Source: Guillardia theta CCMP2712
Taxonomy: Eukaryota > Protista > Cryptophyta
NCBI RefSeq assembly: GCF_000315625.1
Contig: NW_005434584.1
Location: 1 to 64,000 of the forward strand
Reading direction: 5' to 3'
DNA length: 64,000 nucleotides
A program made the translations under genes and the position numbers. The notes beneath the pieces were generated by a model. That model was not told the origin of the DNA. It saw only the letters and a list, made by a program, of their open reading frames with translations, and did not search any database. Shown here one piece after another: positions 11,049-21,041 of this stretch. How positions within the stretch are numbered: the stretch's first letter is position 1; every line of letters begins with the position of its first letter.

Positions 11049-11551
11049 TTGCTTTTGGGGCTCAACGCACTTTCGAAGCAATAAACAGAAGTCTCTGTAA
11101 GAATACGATTCTTTTGTGATCTTGTATACAAAGCAAAGCCGTCACTTTATTGAACCCCACCTAAAATCTCTAGTCTTTACAACTTATTCCATCCAGGCTA
11201 TGATACTTCGGATAAGCTTTCCCCTCTGGATCTCCTGTATGAAATGTAGAGAAGTCTTCCACTCTGTTCCAAAGCTTCATTGTCTGGCCGATCTATTTGA
11301 CTTCCAGCTCGTACAGGAACTGTTCTTGGAAGCATCTTTATCTTGCTGAACATGGGAATACACTGGTAATATCACGAAAGAGAGAGTAATCCATTCTTGA
11401 GACCTAGCATCGGGTACATCTGCCGAATGGAAGATTGCGAAACTGATATTTGCCAACTTGGTGATGATGGGCGACATATTTGCGATGATCAGGGGCAACA
11501 GGAATTTGCCAAAAACCGCGGAGAGATCGGAGAGCTGAAATCCAAAGTTTG

Positions 11552-11666
11552 NNNNNNNNNNNNNNNNNNNNNNNNNNNNNNNNNNNNNNNNNNNNNNNNN
11601 NNNNNNNNNNNNNNNNNNNNNNNNNNNNNNNNNNNNNNNNNNNNNNNNNNNNNNNNNNNNNNNNNN
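11552..11666. other. Assembly gap (N run)
   Basis: Run of N. Confidence 1.
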
Positions 11667-11940
11667 GTTTTCGCAAGTCAGTGCAAAGACGATAGCTGGA
11701 GGGATCTGTAGGAGATCGAGGGTCGTTTTTGCGGCGACTGTAAAGCACGGGGAAGCCAAAGGGGCTGTTGGAAGGTTGGATGATGTTGCGAGATAACAAA
11801 TATTCCAACGTCTTTTGAAGTTCTTGTTCGAGGAAAAGCGGGAGCCGATAGGGGCGTAGACTGACAGGTTTAGCATCAGGTAAAATGTCAATGGTGGCCT
11901 GAAATTCACGAGAAATGTTATAATTGGCGGGCAGATCATC

Positions 11941-12040
11941 NNNNNNNNNNNNNNNNNNNNNNNNNNNNNNNNNNNNNNNNNNNNNNNNNNNNNNNNNNNN
12001 NNNNNNNNNNNNNNNNNNNNNNNNNNNNNNNNNNNNNNNN
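11941..12040. other. Assembly gap (100 N)
   Basis: Run of N. Confidence 1.
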
Positions 12041-12326
12041 CGGAGAGAAAGAACTGGCTGACGGTGGCGTGGAGGATGAATCAACTTGGAGAACGCAAAG
12101 AAACCAATCGTCCTCATCGTTGTCTTGTTGTTGAGAAGCAAAAACATCGGTCAATGACAGGAAAGTAACTTGCGCAAAGGATTGGGGAGCTGTAAGAGAA
12201 TTAAGCGGAACCATTTCACATGTCGGAAGACGCACGAGTTGTTGCTTGTGGGAAGATTCAATCCATACTTCACGGGTTCGGGCACGAAAAACAAGTCCAT
12301 AGCGTTGCTTTTCCGGCCGGGCGCTC

Positions 12327-12657
12327 GAACATGATGGAACTCGTCGCTAACTGTACACTGCAGGAACGACCGGAGTTTGGAGATCAAACTCTTATCAACA
12401 AATACCTGAAGTCTGGTAGATTCACAAACCGCCACAGACCAATTCCGCGGGCCTGCACGCTGCAGGGAGATGCGGCGGTTGACTCTGTAAACATTGCAAT
12501 ACATCACGCGACAGATGTACCCGATGCTAGGTCTAAGTTAGTTCAGATCCAAGCTGTGCGTGGACGATATGAGCGTGCCAACGTTCAGCAAGATAAAGAT
12601 GCTTCCAAGAACAGTTCCTGTACGAGCTGGAAGTCAAATAGATCGGCCAGACAATGA
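12327..12657 (+). pseudogene. 3' fragment of the GT77-like gene, including its true C-terminus and stop
   Basis: NMMELVANC...ARSKLV is near-identical to 8527-8742 (one C/R difference), then continues QIQAVRG...RSARQ*. Confidence 0.85.
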
Positions 12658-12885
12658 AGCTTTGGAACAGAGTGGAAGACTTCTCTACATTTCATACAGG
12701 AGATCCAGAGGGGAAAGCTTATCCGAAGTATCATAGCCTGGATGGAATAAGTTGTAAAGACTAGAGATTTTAGGTGGGGTTCAATAAAGTGACGGCTTTG
12801 CTTTGTATACAAGATCACAAAAGAATCGTATTCTTACAGAGACTTCTGTTTATTGCTTCGAAAGTGCGTTGAGCCCCAAAAGCAA

Positions 12886-13825
12886 TCAAACCAGATCATT
12901 CAGCTGGATTTCGTATGGCTGGACTTTCTGCTTCACATTCTGAGTGCAAACGGCCTCTGGATTCTTGATAACTCCGCGACAGAAGTACCTCAGATTGTAC
13001 GTTGGGGAAGCAATCCAGGATGCTTGTTTGTCCAACGGGCGTTGCAAAAATCGACTATCTGGGAAAGTTTGCACTGCTTGTGACCATTGCGAGTCGTTGA
13101 AAGATCTTGCAGTCCATCCCCTCGGGGGAACATCTCCTGGAAATGTCGCACACTTCCAGTTTGCCGATGCGCTGGTGGGAACACCTCCAAAGGTTCCAAT
13201 AAGGCCAGTCAGGCCACCAGGCCAATCTATAATCTTTGCTGCTACCACCATCTCTCTCTCACCATCGATGACATCGATGTTCACAGTGTAGTCATATACG
13301 AGGTATTGAGACTTCCAGGTATGGCAGAAGTTGCAGTTATCTTCATATCCCAAGTACACACCGTTGACGAACAATTCGAATGCATTGTCTGCCGTCATCG
13401 AAATGTTCACCGCGCAATGTGATATGTTCACGTACCCTACACATTCCGAAGGGCGAGGGATCACATGTACAAGCTTAAGATCTACGTTCTCCCCAAATGG
13501 GACCCATGATTGTGTCATCTCGTTGAACACCCAACAAAAGTAGGTGTCCACCGGGTGTAAGGCACATGGATGATTTTCCAGGCATACCCAGACTTCATAG
13601 ACGCTCATCTCCATCAGTTGGCCAAGCCCACCCGTCTTGAATTGGGCCTGCTGCAAGATTTTGATACAACGAATCCCAACTTGAATACGGGTTCAAGCAA
13701 TGTCGATATTGAACGGCAGTTCGAGATAGTATCTCAGTTATATTTGTAGATGCAGCAGGGCTGTATCCACCGAATGATAGTCCATAACAGCAGGAAATGA
13801 TAAGCATGCGCAGCATTGCGACCAT
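12886..13825 (-). CDS. Second copy of the lectin-like gene, with the same frame break
   Basis: Translations identical to 10109-11048. Confidence 0.6.
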
Positions 13826-14217
13826 GGTTCTGTTATCGCTTGCGCTGCAGCTGGGAGGCCTAGCCCACCCGTTCATAGAGGTTGCCAGCTAGCAAGCATG
13901 ATGGGTAGGGGTAGCCGTCGATTGTTTTGAAAGTTGCTTGTAGTAGTAATTTGAATACTCAGGCAAATATTCCAGAGAATGGCTACAAATTTTCCCTGTT
14001 GAAAACGGCGTCCCTGACAGTGTAAAAGAGTTTTATAGCCAGCGCTGAATTCAAAACCGGTACGAGGACAATCAGCTTGCCTAGTGTAGGAAGCCTACTT
14101 TTTCGCTGCCTCTCCTTGATAGGGAGTCTTTTCTCTGGGGCGGATTGGTCAGGTCTACCTATCGCCTGCAGAGCTGGCTGCTGTTGAGTAAACGTTGCCA
14201 ATCAGAGTGCGCATGGA

Positions 14218-14620
14218 ATGATGGATCTAGTAATGGGTCATCTTCCTTCACGCTCTCTTCGATGTCTTTGTTTGCAAGGCAGTTTCCTTTTGATCTTTCT
14301 TTACATGAGTTTCTTGCGAACACAATCTTTGCAGGTCATGGCTTCACCCCGTGCAGTTGAGCGATGGATGACCAAGGAGGCATTTCATCTCAACACTTCA
14401 AATGTTACAGCAAGATCACGTGTTTCGATCCAAACTCGATCAGATGATGGGAGGCAGAGGCGATCGGATGATGGGAGGCAGAGGCGATCGGATGATGGGA
14501 GGCAGAGGCGATCGGATGATGGGAGGCAGAGTCGATCGGATGATGGGAGGCAGAGTCGATCGGATGATGGGAGGCAGGGTCGATCGGATGATGGGAGGCA
14601 GAGGCGATCGGATGATGGGA
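14218..14620 (+). pseudogene. 5' fragment of the GT77-like gene (TM + 8 minisatellite units) fused to unrelated sequence
   Basis: Same N-terminus as the 9716 gene; homology stops inside the repeat at about 14620. Confidence 0.8.
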
Positions 14621-14621
14621 G

Positions 14622-14745
14622 ATCTCTTACCGCCAGCTCTTCTATCCTTGGGGTTGATGTGACACCAACGCCAACGCCAACACCAACACCAACCAGAGCC
14701 GAAAAACAGTATCTGGAACGAAAACATCTCTTGTTTGCCACATCA
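14622..14745 (+). repeat. Dispersed duplicate of 42713-42912 with an internal deletion
   Basis: Shared atctcttaccgccagctcttctatccttggggttgatgtgacaccaacg...catctcttgtttgccacat. Confidence 0.9.
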
Positions 14746-14832
14746 GCCTTCATCTTGGTCCTGATTCAGCCTCCTTCAAAATGTATAAACTGAGACCAGT
14801 CAAGTCAAGACGAGAAGATGACAGGAGCTATC

Positions 14833-16646
14833 TGTCAGAGCTCATAGGAACCGAGCCCGAGTCAGACAAAGGTTTACTGGAAAGAAAGGACAGTTGGTCT
14901 CGTACTCGTGTGAAACTGACTTCTCTTGGATACCCCAGGATACTCTACCCCAGTGTGAATCTGCTGAAAAGGACCCCTCTGGAGGTCTTTGTTGCAGGAA
15001 CCGTGCACCCGTGGTGGCTTACAAGCTGAAGAGGACGGGAGAGTCTTGTGGAGTACAACCCGTTGGAAGCAGCCTGCTGGCATGCGAGGATGGGGTTCTC
15101 TACCCTGCGAGAGAGCAAGGTTTCTGCTCGAAGGGCTGACGGGATGTTCAACATCTAGAGAAGAAAGCTTGTCAACTTCCAAAGAGAAATCACCCCTACT
15201 TTCCTCAGCCAAGAGACGGGTACTCCTGTCTCCTTCCTCGAAGGTATACAAGGATCATTCTCGTCAGAACTAAGTGGTCTTCTTCCCCTTTCGTGTGTGA
15301 GCCACGTCTATTTATGCCACATCAGTGTGTGTGGGTTTGTTTTGTTTGCTGTGTGAAAATAACGAGAGATAGATCTCCTTCAGTCACGCTGCTTTCCTCT
15401 TAGTAGAGAAATTCCAGCGCAAGTTCTTGTTGAGCTTCGCTGAAGGTCAATCCTGTAAAGCTTGGTGCTGTGAACACAAAGCCTGGGGATAAATGGTGAT
15501 CCGATTGGGTTGAAACCATCTCTTGAGAGTATCACTGACAGCTGAGGTATCGCCAAAGAGTAAGTCCCAGTTGGCATGGTCGTCGAGGGGAAATTTCTTT
15601 GGCGACAAGCAACCATTGCCCAAGGACGAGATGATGTCGAAGATCACATCCTTGATTTCGAGATGATGTCGAAGATCGTCAACGCCGCAGGAGGATACTA
15701 TTTCAGTCTTGAGCCTGTTGACCCTAAGCAGCATGTGACTCTGTTCACGCCGAAGTCTTGGCACCACTAGCTCCTTGGCATGTTGGAATGGCATTTGCCA
15801 TGATGATATTCGGTGCCAGTCGCTTCTTACGCGATATGTGGTCTTTGTGAGGGTTGAGGCTCTTGTTTCACGTTAGTGTATGCGGGTTCTCGCCGCATTA
15901 TCTCGTGGAGAGCTAAATGATCGATATCACCGCACAAACCAGATATACAGTAGAAAATCTATTTTGTTTTTCTGGCTTAAGAAAAGTAAAAAATAATCAA
16001 GAAATGCTAATCTACTCTATAGAACTGAACGATCCACCTCGTCAGATGAGAAGTTTGAAGGTAAACAGAGCTTCTGCAATCCTGCCTAACACCGACCTAT
16101 CGCTGCTGCGAAACTTTGTAAACATGCCTTTTTCTTTCAAAAATTCGATCTGTTCACCGTGCTTCAGGATGTGATCTGATTTGATCAAATCAGAGTGTAC
16201 CTTACGCACACTTTCTGTTAAATCGTCCATTCAGGTCTTGTTCCAGATGAATTCGGCTGATCGACTAGTCGAATGGAGAAGCATGATACAACGAGCAGGA
16301 GATTACAACAAACTGCGTGATAAAGCAGGAGGGAACCATCTTGATACATCTTTGCACATGTCGGGCAGGATCATGGTGCCCTCCTGGGCGACTCATGGGA
16401 AGGCCGTCTCGCACCGCACGGGGATCACGTCCTCCTTAGGTTGATGATCTATACGAACATGCCCGATCTCATCATGAAATCCACGCACTCTGGGTGGAGC
16501 AGGGCCTGCTAATGCTTCCGGTTCTCCTTGCAGACCTGCTTGAAGTCGGGGCAGTGGATGATGCTGTTCATGCTGTGCACCCCTGTAGAAATCCCCGCCT
16601 GGCACCCTGAGGTCGAACATGTGCTTCAAGGATAAGACCCTGAGGC
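14833..16646 (+). repeat. Segmental duplicate A of an unidentified block with short ORFs (copies at 34795-36771 and 39160-39431)
   Basis: Near-identical ORF translations, e.g. 15917/36043, 16181/36307 and 14989/34857. Confidence 0.92.
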
Positions 16647-17157
16647 TGGTGGACAGCAAATTTATTTGTGCCGATGCTCTAGGCTTTGAAAGAATAAGTT
16701 GCATGAAGCATGAGATGAGAACGACTTCTATATGTAAAAAGATTGTCTGATATCGTAATCCGTCAAATCACAATCGAAAAAAAACACTTGACAAACCTCA
16801 CACAATAGACTGACATTTGAGAGCTTTGACAGAAGATTTGAAGCCAGAAGTTGTTCCACAAACAAATTTGCTTTTGGGAAACAGATTTTTCGTGTAACTT
16901 GGACCAATCTTTAACGACTATGTCCAGAAGGCATCAATTTCCCTTGGATTCAACACGTTCTGAACCAGAAGTCTCAATTATCAACTCTTGTCCACCTCCA
17001 GGCATGCTTTGTGTTTGTTACCCGAAATCTTACAACATTGGAAATGTTTCCAGCTGAAAAGCTTGCACAAGAGACTACAAGTCAACCTTAATATGAATCG
17101 AAGGGATGGGGAGGGAGATGCAATAGCGTTCAAAACAACGAAAGGAACGCAAGATGA

Positions 17158-18363
17158 TCACGTACACGTTTCGCTGAGGCGAAAAGAGGAGTTGAGTGAC
17201 GATTCGTCTCCCCAGCAAGGCCACAATTCTGATCGTTGACACTCCATTGTCGCGTCAAATGCCTCAGATTGGCGAAAGCCAACATGAGCGTCCATCTCTT
17301 GGTAACAGATCGGGAAAGGTCTGAAAGGAGTCCCAAAGGATGAGATTGCCCCAATGTGAGACATGAGGTTGAATCTGTAGACGAAATATGATCTATCTTG
17401 TCTTCTGATTGTGAATGTTTTGTGACCTTTGGCTGTCTTCCCAAGAAACCACTCGACTATGTTATGGTCAGACGGCTTGTTCCAAATGTTGAGAAGAAGG
17501 TAAATCATGAGATTTGGAATGTCATCATTGTTTATCAAGATTCCATTTAGTCCGTAGGAGACCCGGAGTGCCTTCCATTTCCAGGCTGCATCGTACAATC
17601 TTTTGAGAATACATTTCAAGATCTTCAGTCCTCCGGTACAGAAAACAAAATCATCTTCCATCAGCAAGATGTGCCGTGACTGACCGCACGACCTGGCCAA
17701 AGATGCGCAAAGGTTCAGCACTTGCCTGAGAAGGAGCTTCTTTATCAATTCAGTGCGGTTCGACGTCTTGATGTCGTCGACGGACTCATCAAGAGTTTCT
17801 GAAATCACCTCTATGGAGGGGAACTTTAATTTCAAAGAATTGAGTTGCCGAGTGAAAGTGCGATTTTGCGCATCATTGTTTGCCAGAACGACGTGGTTGT
17901 GTTGGTTTGTTGAAGTCATCTCTTGAAAGAGTCTGTAGACAACCTGGTCTAAGTAAAACGCGTGTTGACGAGAGGCTGTTGTTATCAGAACTGTAAGGTT
18001 TGGTCGGTTGGGATCGTTTCTCTCAGTAGCGCTGGAGCAGCAAACCTGCATAGCTTTCTCGATCCATTTGACACTCTGTTGTACGTAAGATTCGTTCCAA
18101 TCTTTCAAAACTTGTTGGTTCAACCATGAGATGTCTGAGATATTTGTTTGGCAGAAGCTGACATTCAACAGATCGCCCTCAATCAAGGGGTCTTCCTCTA
18201 GTATTTGTGACTGAGTTTGAGCTTGAGAAAGAGCATCCCTGCGTCTGAGAGTACCATATCGACTCATCACTACCACGTTAGTAAGTGAGTACAAGCAGAG
18301 GAATACGAAAGCTGCCCTGACCAGCGAGGCGCTTCCATATTGTCTCGTCAAGATTTCCTGCAT
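17158..18363 (-). CDS. Type II membrane glycosyltransferase, GT54/MGAT4-like (GlcNAc transferase-type)
   Basis: TM AAFVFLCLYSLTNVVVM; LTVLITTASR, ILLMEDDFVFC, LRVSYGLNGILI, PSDH, YRFNLMSHIGAISSF. Confidence 0.72.
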   Translation of the reverse strand: MQEILTRQYGSASLVRAAFVFLCLYSLTNVVVMSRYGTLRRRDALSQAQTQSQILEEDPLIEGDLLNVSFCQTNISDISWLNQQVLKDWNESYVQQSVKWIEKAMQVCCSSATERNDPNRPNLTVLITTASRQHAFYLDQVVYRLFQEMTSTNQHNHVVLANNDAQNRTFTRQLNSLKLKFPSIEVISETLDESVDDIKTSNRTELIKKLLLRQVLNLCASLARSCGQSRHILLMEDDFVFCTGGLKILKCILKRLYDAAWKWKALRVSYGLNGILINNDDIPNLMIYLLLNIWNKPSDHNIVEWFLGKTAKGHKTFTIRRQDRSYFVYRFNLMSHIGAISSFGTPFRPFPICYQEMDAHVGFRQSEAFDATMECQRSELWPCWGDESSLNSSFRLSETCT

Positions 18364-18537
18364 GAGAGTAAATAAAAACAAGCGTTTTTTAAAAATGAAA
18401 GTTTGACCATACTGACTTTTTTTTGTTTTTTTCTTTCTAAGTCAAAAAGGAAAAGAAGGCAAAACTAAGTTGAATAAATGCTTTGGTCCCTGGGCCGTCG
18501 CTTGCGTGGTTGGAGTGCCGGTTTTCGCTGCCTCCTT

Positions 18538-18632
18538 CGTTTCCTAGTATTTTATTGAGGCGGGTTTGTTGGCTCTATCCTCCCCCTCCTTTGTTTGCTT
18601 CGGTTTGTCCTTCTTTTTCAGTCAAATAAATT
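18538..18632 (+). repeat. ~95-bp dispersed repeat, copy 1 (upstream of the GT54-like gene)
   Basis: ttcctagtatttttattgaggcgggtttgt...ccttctttttcagtcaa recurs at 20929-21022 with a few substitutions. Confidence 0.9.
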
Positions 18633-18919
18633 AAGTCAGTGTGTGACGTCGGACTGACCCCCGGTGCCCGCCAGGCCGGGCCCGGGCTGCGGCCCGCCGC
18701 GTGACTTAAACGCAGATTCCGATCAGTCTCTTACTTCGAGTCAGTTCTAACAGCTAGTAGAATTATTTTCTACAAGTCACTGAGTTATGTTGAGGGAAAA
18801 CAAGCCAACAGCCAACGGCCACAGGTAGGGAACAACGCCGGTTGTCGCTATGCTGCTGCTTCAGGGTTGGAAGAGATCACGCCGATGATGCAAGGCCGTT
18901 CAACGGTTGAATGGGCCCG

Positions 18920-19005
18920 GGGAAGGGAGTATATGCGAGCACGGGCGGCAGCGATCGCGCTGCCGCTTGAAGGAATGGCATGCGGGGGGCCCGGGGGGGG
19001 GAGTA
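18920..19005 (+). pseudogene. Remnant of the 18-aa Cys/His repeat family
   Basis: GSICEHGRQRSRC, the same unit as in the 28134 and 31915 ORFs. Confidence 0.7.
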
Positions 19006-19134
19006 CTCGGAGACTTGCATGACAGGTCGAAGCGAAGAAGCATGTTTCAAAGTGTTTCACCATCAATTCCAAAGATCAGTACCACAGCTTTATCAAAGTT
19101 CAGTATTACAGCTGTATGAGATTCAAGCAAACTT

Positions 19135-20868
19135 TTAGAGGTTGCGCTCGAACTTCATAAGATGAAGCTCAACAGTCTTGATCGTACTGTTGACGTGTCG
19201 CAACACTGACTCGGGATGAGTCTGGAAGGGCTGAGTTAACATTCCTACAACTCTCTTCTTCATGTTGGCCTTGTCGACCTTCTGGTCCTCCCAGGCCTCA
19301 AGTTTCTTGTACAAGAACTCCAGAGGCCTTGCCCAACCGTAATGTGCCAGCGCGGGAGAGGTCACGAAGAAAACCAGAGCTCCAGTGGACCTCGAGCGAA
19401 ATCCTTCTGCAGGGAGCCCATGCGCCTCATCAGTCCAAGATCCCTTGGCTTGTAGGTCGTCACTCAACACAATCACTCTGTCGTGCCCATATGGTTGGTC
19501 TAGTCGGAATCTGAACACTCGTGATTTCATTTGTCTTGTCAGGGCCTGCGAGGCTTCTTGTCGAACAAGGTGAAGCCAGTCTAGCGAGGACTCAATGTCT
19601 CCCTGAACTAGCTCATACTGAGGCACCCACAATTTCTGGAAGGGCTTGTTTGTACAACGAACAGCTTCCATCATCTCTCTTGCATTGGCGTCATAAAAGA
19701 CATCATCTGCATCGATTTTCATGATATGTGCGCAAGATAAAGATCGGGCAACTTGAAGGGCAGCATTGCGAGCAATTGATGTGTGGATCGAGCAATTCAA
19801 CGTCAGAATGAAGAGCTTTTTCGAAACCAGATAGTCACTGAAAGTTTGACGTAGTAGGTTGATGGTAGTGTCCTTCGACCCAGTATCAGCCACTATGTAA
19901 TGATCTACATGCTCAATTAGCGCACCAATCGTGAAGACTATGGTATTGATCTCGTCCTTGCAAATGGTGATTGCCGCTATCTTACGTTTTGCATGTGTAC
20001 ATTTCTGCCCTTTTCCCATCAGTCCGCACGTTTGGATGATTTGTCCTATAGGAATAATCTTTCCCACGTGATACAAAGAAACATGCTGCAGAATCTTTGA
20101 TAGTGCAGGTGGTTTTCCAATCGTAGACCAGAGTCCTGTTAGAACATCGCTGCTTGAAAGTGAATAGCTTGACACTGCTTTTCTGCTAGGACTGCGGAGC
20201 AAAATGCTGTCAAAGACTGAGCATACGTAACTTCTCTCCTGCAATTTTGATTGATCGCTCATCGTTTGAGTAGTGTTAAGGCTGGTCTTGCGTCGCAGAC
20301 ACACTGTAGTCGAGTGCAGCACATGCTTGCAAGTAAGATATAGTTTGTATGCAATATCCGAATCAAGCCAATGATACAAATACCTGTCATAACTTGCAAA
20401 CCCTTGTACAACAGTCCTGTCACAACCACCATTGGCGTACTGACCATCATTGACATGAATATGTTTCATTCTCACTCCACTCCTTGCTAAAAGGTCACGA
20501 ACAAACGTATGACGGTGGTGTGAGCCGCCATATCCTCCGTACCACAGGATAGGGCCAGGATCTGTCATGTAACATCGTCCGGTCTCAGGGTCATACACAT
20601 CCGTACACGCGCACCTCGAAATATGTTGCTCTTCGACAAGGGTTGGTCTCCTCAACATGGTGAGAGCAGTTGGCTCCTCAACTTTCCGAGTCTGGTCAGG
20701 GAAGGATCGTAGACTGCCATGAAAGCGCATAGAGAACAAGACGTAGAGCGCAAACATGAGCTTCCATCGGAACTTGGAAATGGCCAGGATCCTATGCTTT
20801 CGTTGCTTATGTGGAAGGGACAAACAGGAGCAAGTTACGAGGTGTTGAAAACAACAATGACCTTCCAC
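19135..20868 (-). CDS. Membrane-anchored GT2-family glycosyltransferase with a possible N-terminal sulfotransferase-like domain; start uncertain
   Basis: TM LMFALYVLFSM. GT2: ITICKDE, YIVADTGSKDTT, ARNAAL, MKIDADD. N-terminal half has ILLRSPSRKAVSSY, resembling the sulfotransferase 3'-PB motif. Confidence 0.7.
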   Translation of the reverse strand: MEGHCCFQHLVTCSCLSLPHKQRKHRILAISKFRWKLMFALYVLFSMRFHGSLRSFPDQTRKVEEPTALTMLRRPTLVEEQHISRCACTDVYDPETGRCYMTDPGPILWYGGYGGSHHRHTFVRDLLARSGVRMKHIHVNDGQYANGGCDRTVVQGFASYDRYLYHWLDSDIAYKLYLTCKHVLHSTTVCLRRKTSLNTTQTMSDQSKLQERSYVCSVFDSILLRSPSRKAVSSYSLSSSDVLTGLWSTIGKPPALSKILQHVSLYHVGKIIPIGQIIQTCGLMGKGQKCTHAKRKIAAITICKDEINTIVFTIGALIEHVDHYIVADTGSKDTTINLLRQTFSDYLVSKKLFILTLNCSIHTSIARNAALQVARSLSCAHIMKIDADDVFYDANAREMMEAVRCTNKPFQKLWVPQYELVQGDIESSLDWLHLVRQEASQALTRQMKSRVFRFRLDQPYGHDRVIVLSDDLQAKGSWTDEAHGLPAEGFRSRSTGALVFFVTSPALAHYGWARPLEFLYKKLEAWEDQKVDKANMKKRVVGMLTQPFQTHPESVLRHVNSTIKTVELHLMKFERNL

Positions 20869-20928
20869 CGCAACCTCGGCATCGCCAAGGATTTTGACCC
20901 TGTTCTCAAGTTGACTAAAACCAAACTA

Positions 20929-21022
20929 TCGTTCCTAGTATTTTATTGAGGCGGGTTTGTAGGCTTTATCCTCCCCCTCCTTTGTTTGCTCCGGTTTGTC
21001 CTTCTTTTTCAGTCAATAAAAT
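20929..21022 (+). repeat. ~95-bp dispersed repeat, copy 2 (between divergent GT genes)
   Basis: Matches 18538-18632. Confidence 0.9.
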
Positions 21023-21041
21023 TTAGTTCTGCAGCATCGCG

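Larger units (their letters stand above)
9188..11351. repeat. Left arm of large inverted repeat (partner 12583-14620)
   Basis: Identical ORFs mirror each other with coordinate sum 23934 (10278/13656, 11048/12886, 9733/14201, 11349/12585). Confidence 0.95.
11352..12325 (-). mobile_element. Ty3/gypsy pol, N-terminal RT fragment (interrupted by N gaps)
   Basis: PVSLRPYRLP, IIQPSNSPFGFPV, YRLCTDLRK, RGFWQIPVAP, GKYQFRNLPFG, then RMDYSLFRDI just before the expected YxDD. Confidence 0.85.
12583..14620. repeat. Right arm of large inverted repeat
   Basis: Reverse complement of 9188-11351 except one substitution noted (H/N), an extra 72 bp at about 14318-14390 and a different minisatellite pattern. 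Confidence 0.95.

Noticed and set aside
6755-14620. Diversity-generating retroelement (RT next to duplicated lectin genes)
   Set aside because: The RT is gypsy-type and broken, and the two lectin copies translate identically with no adenine-specific variation.
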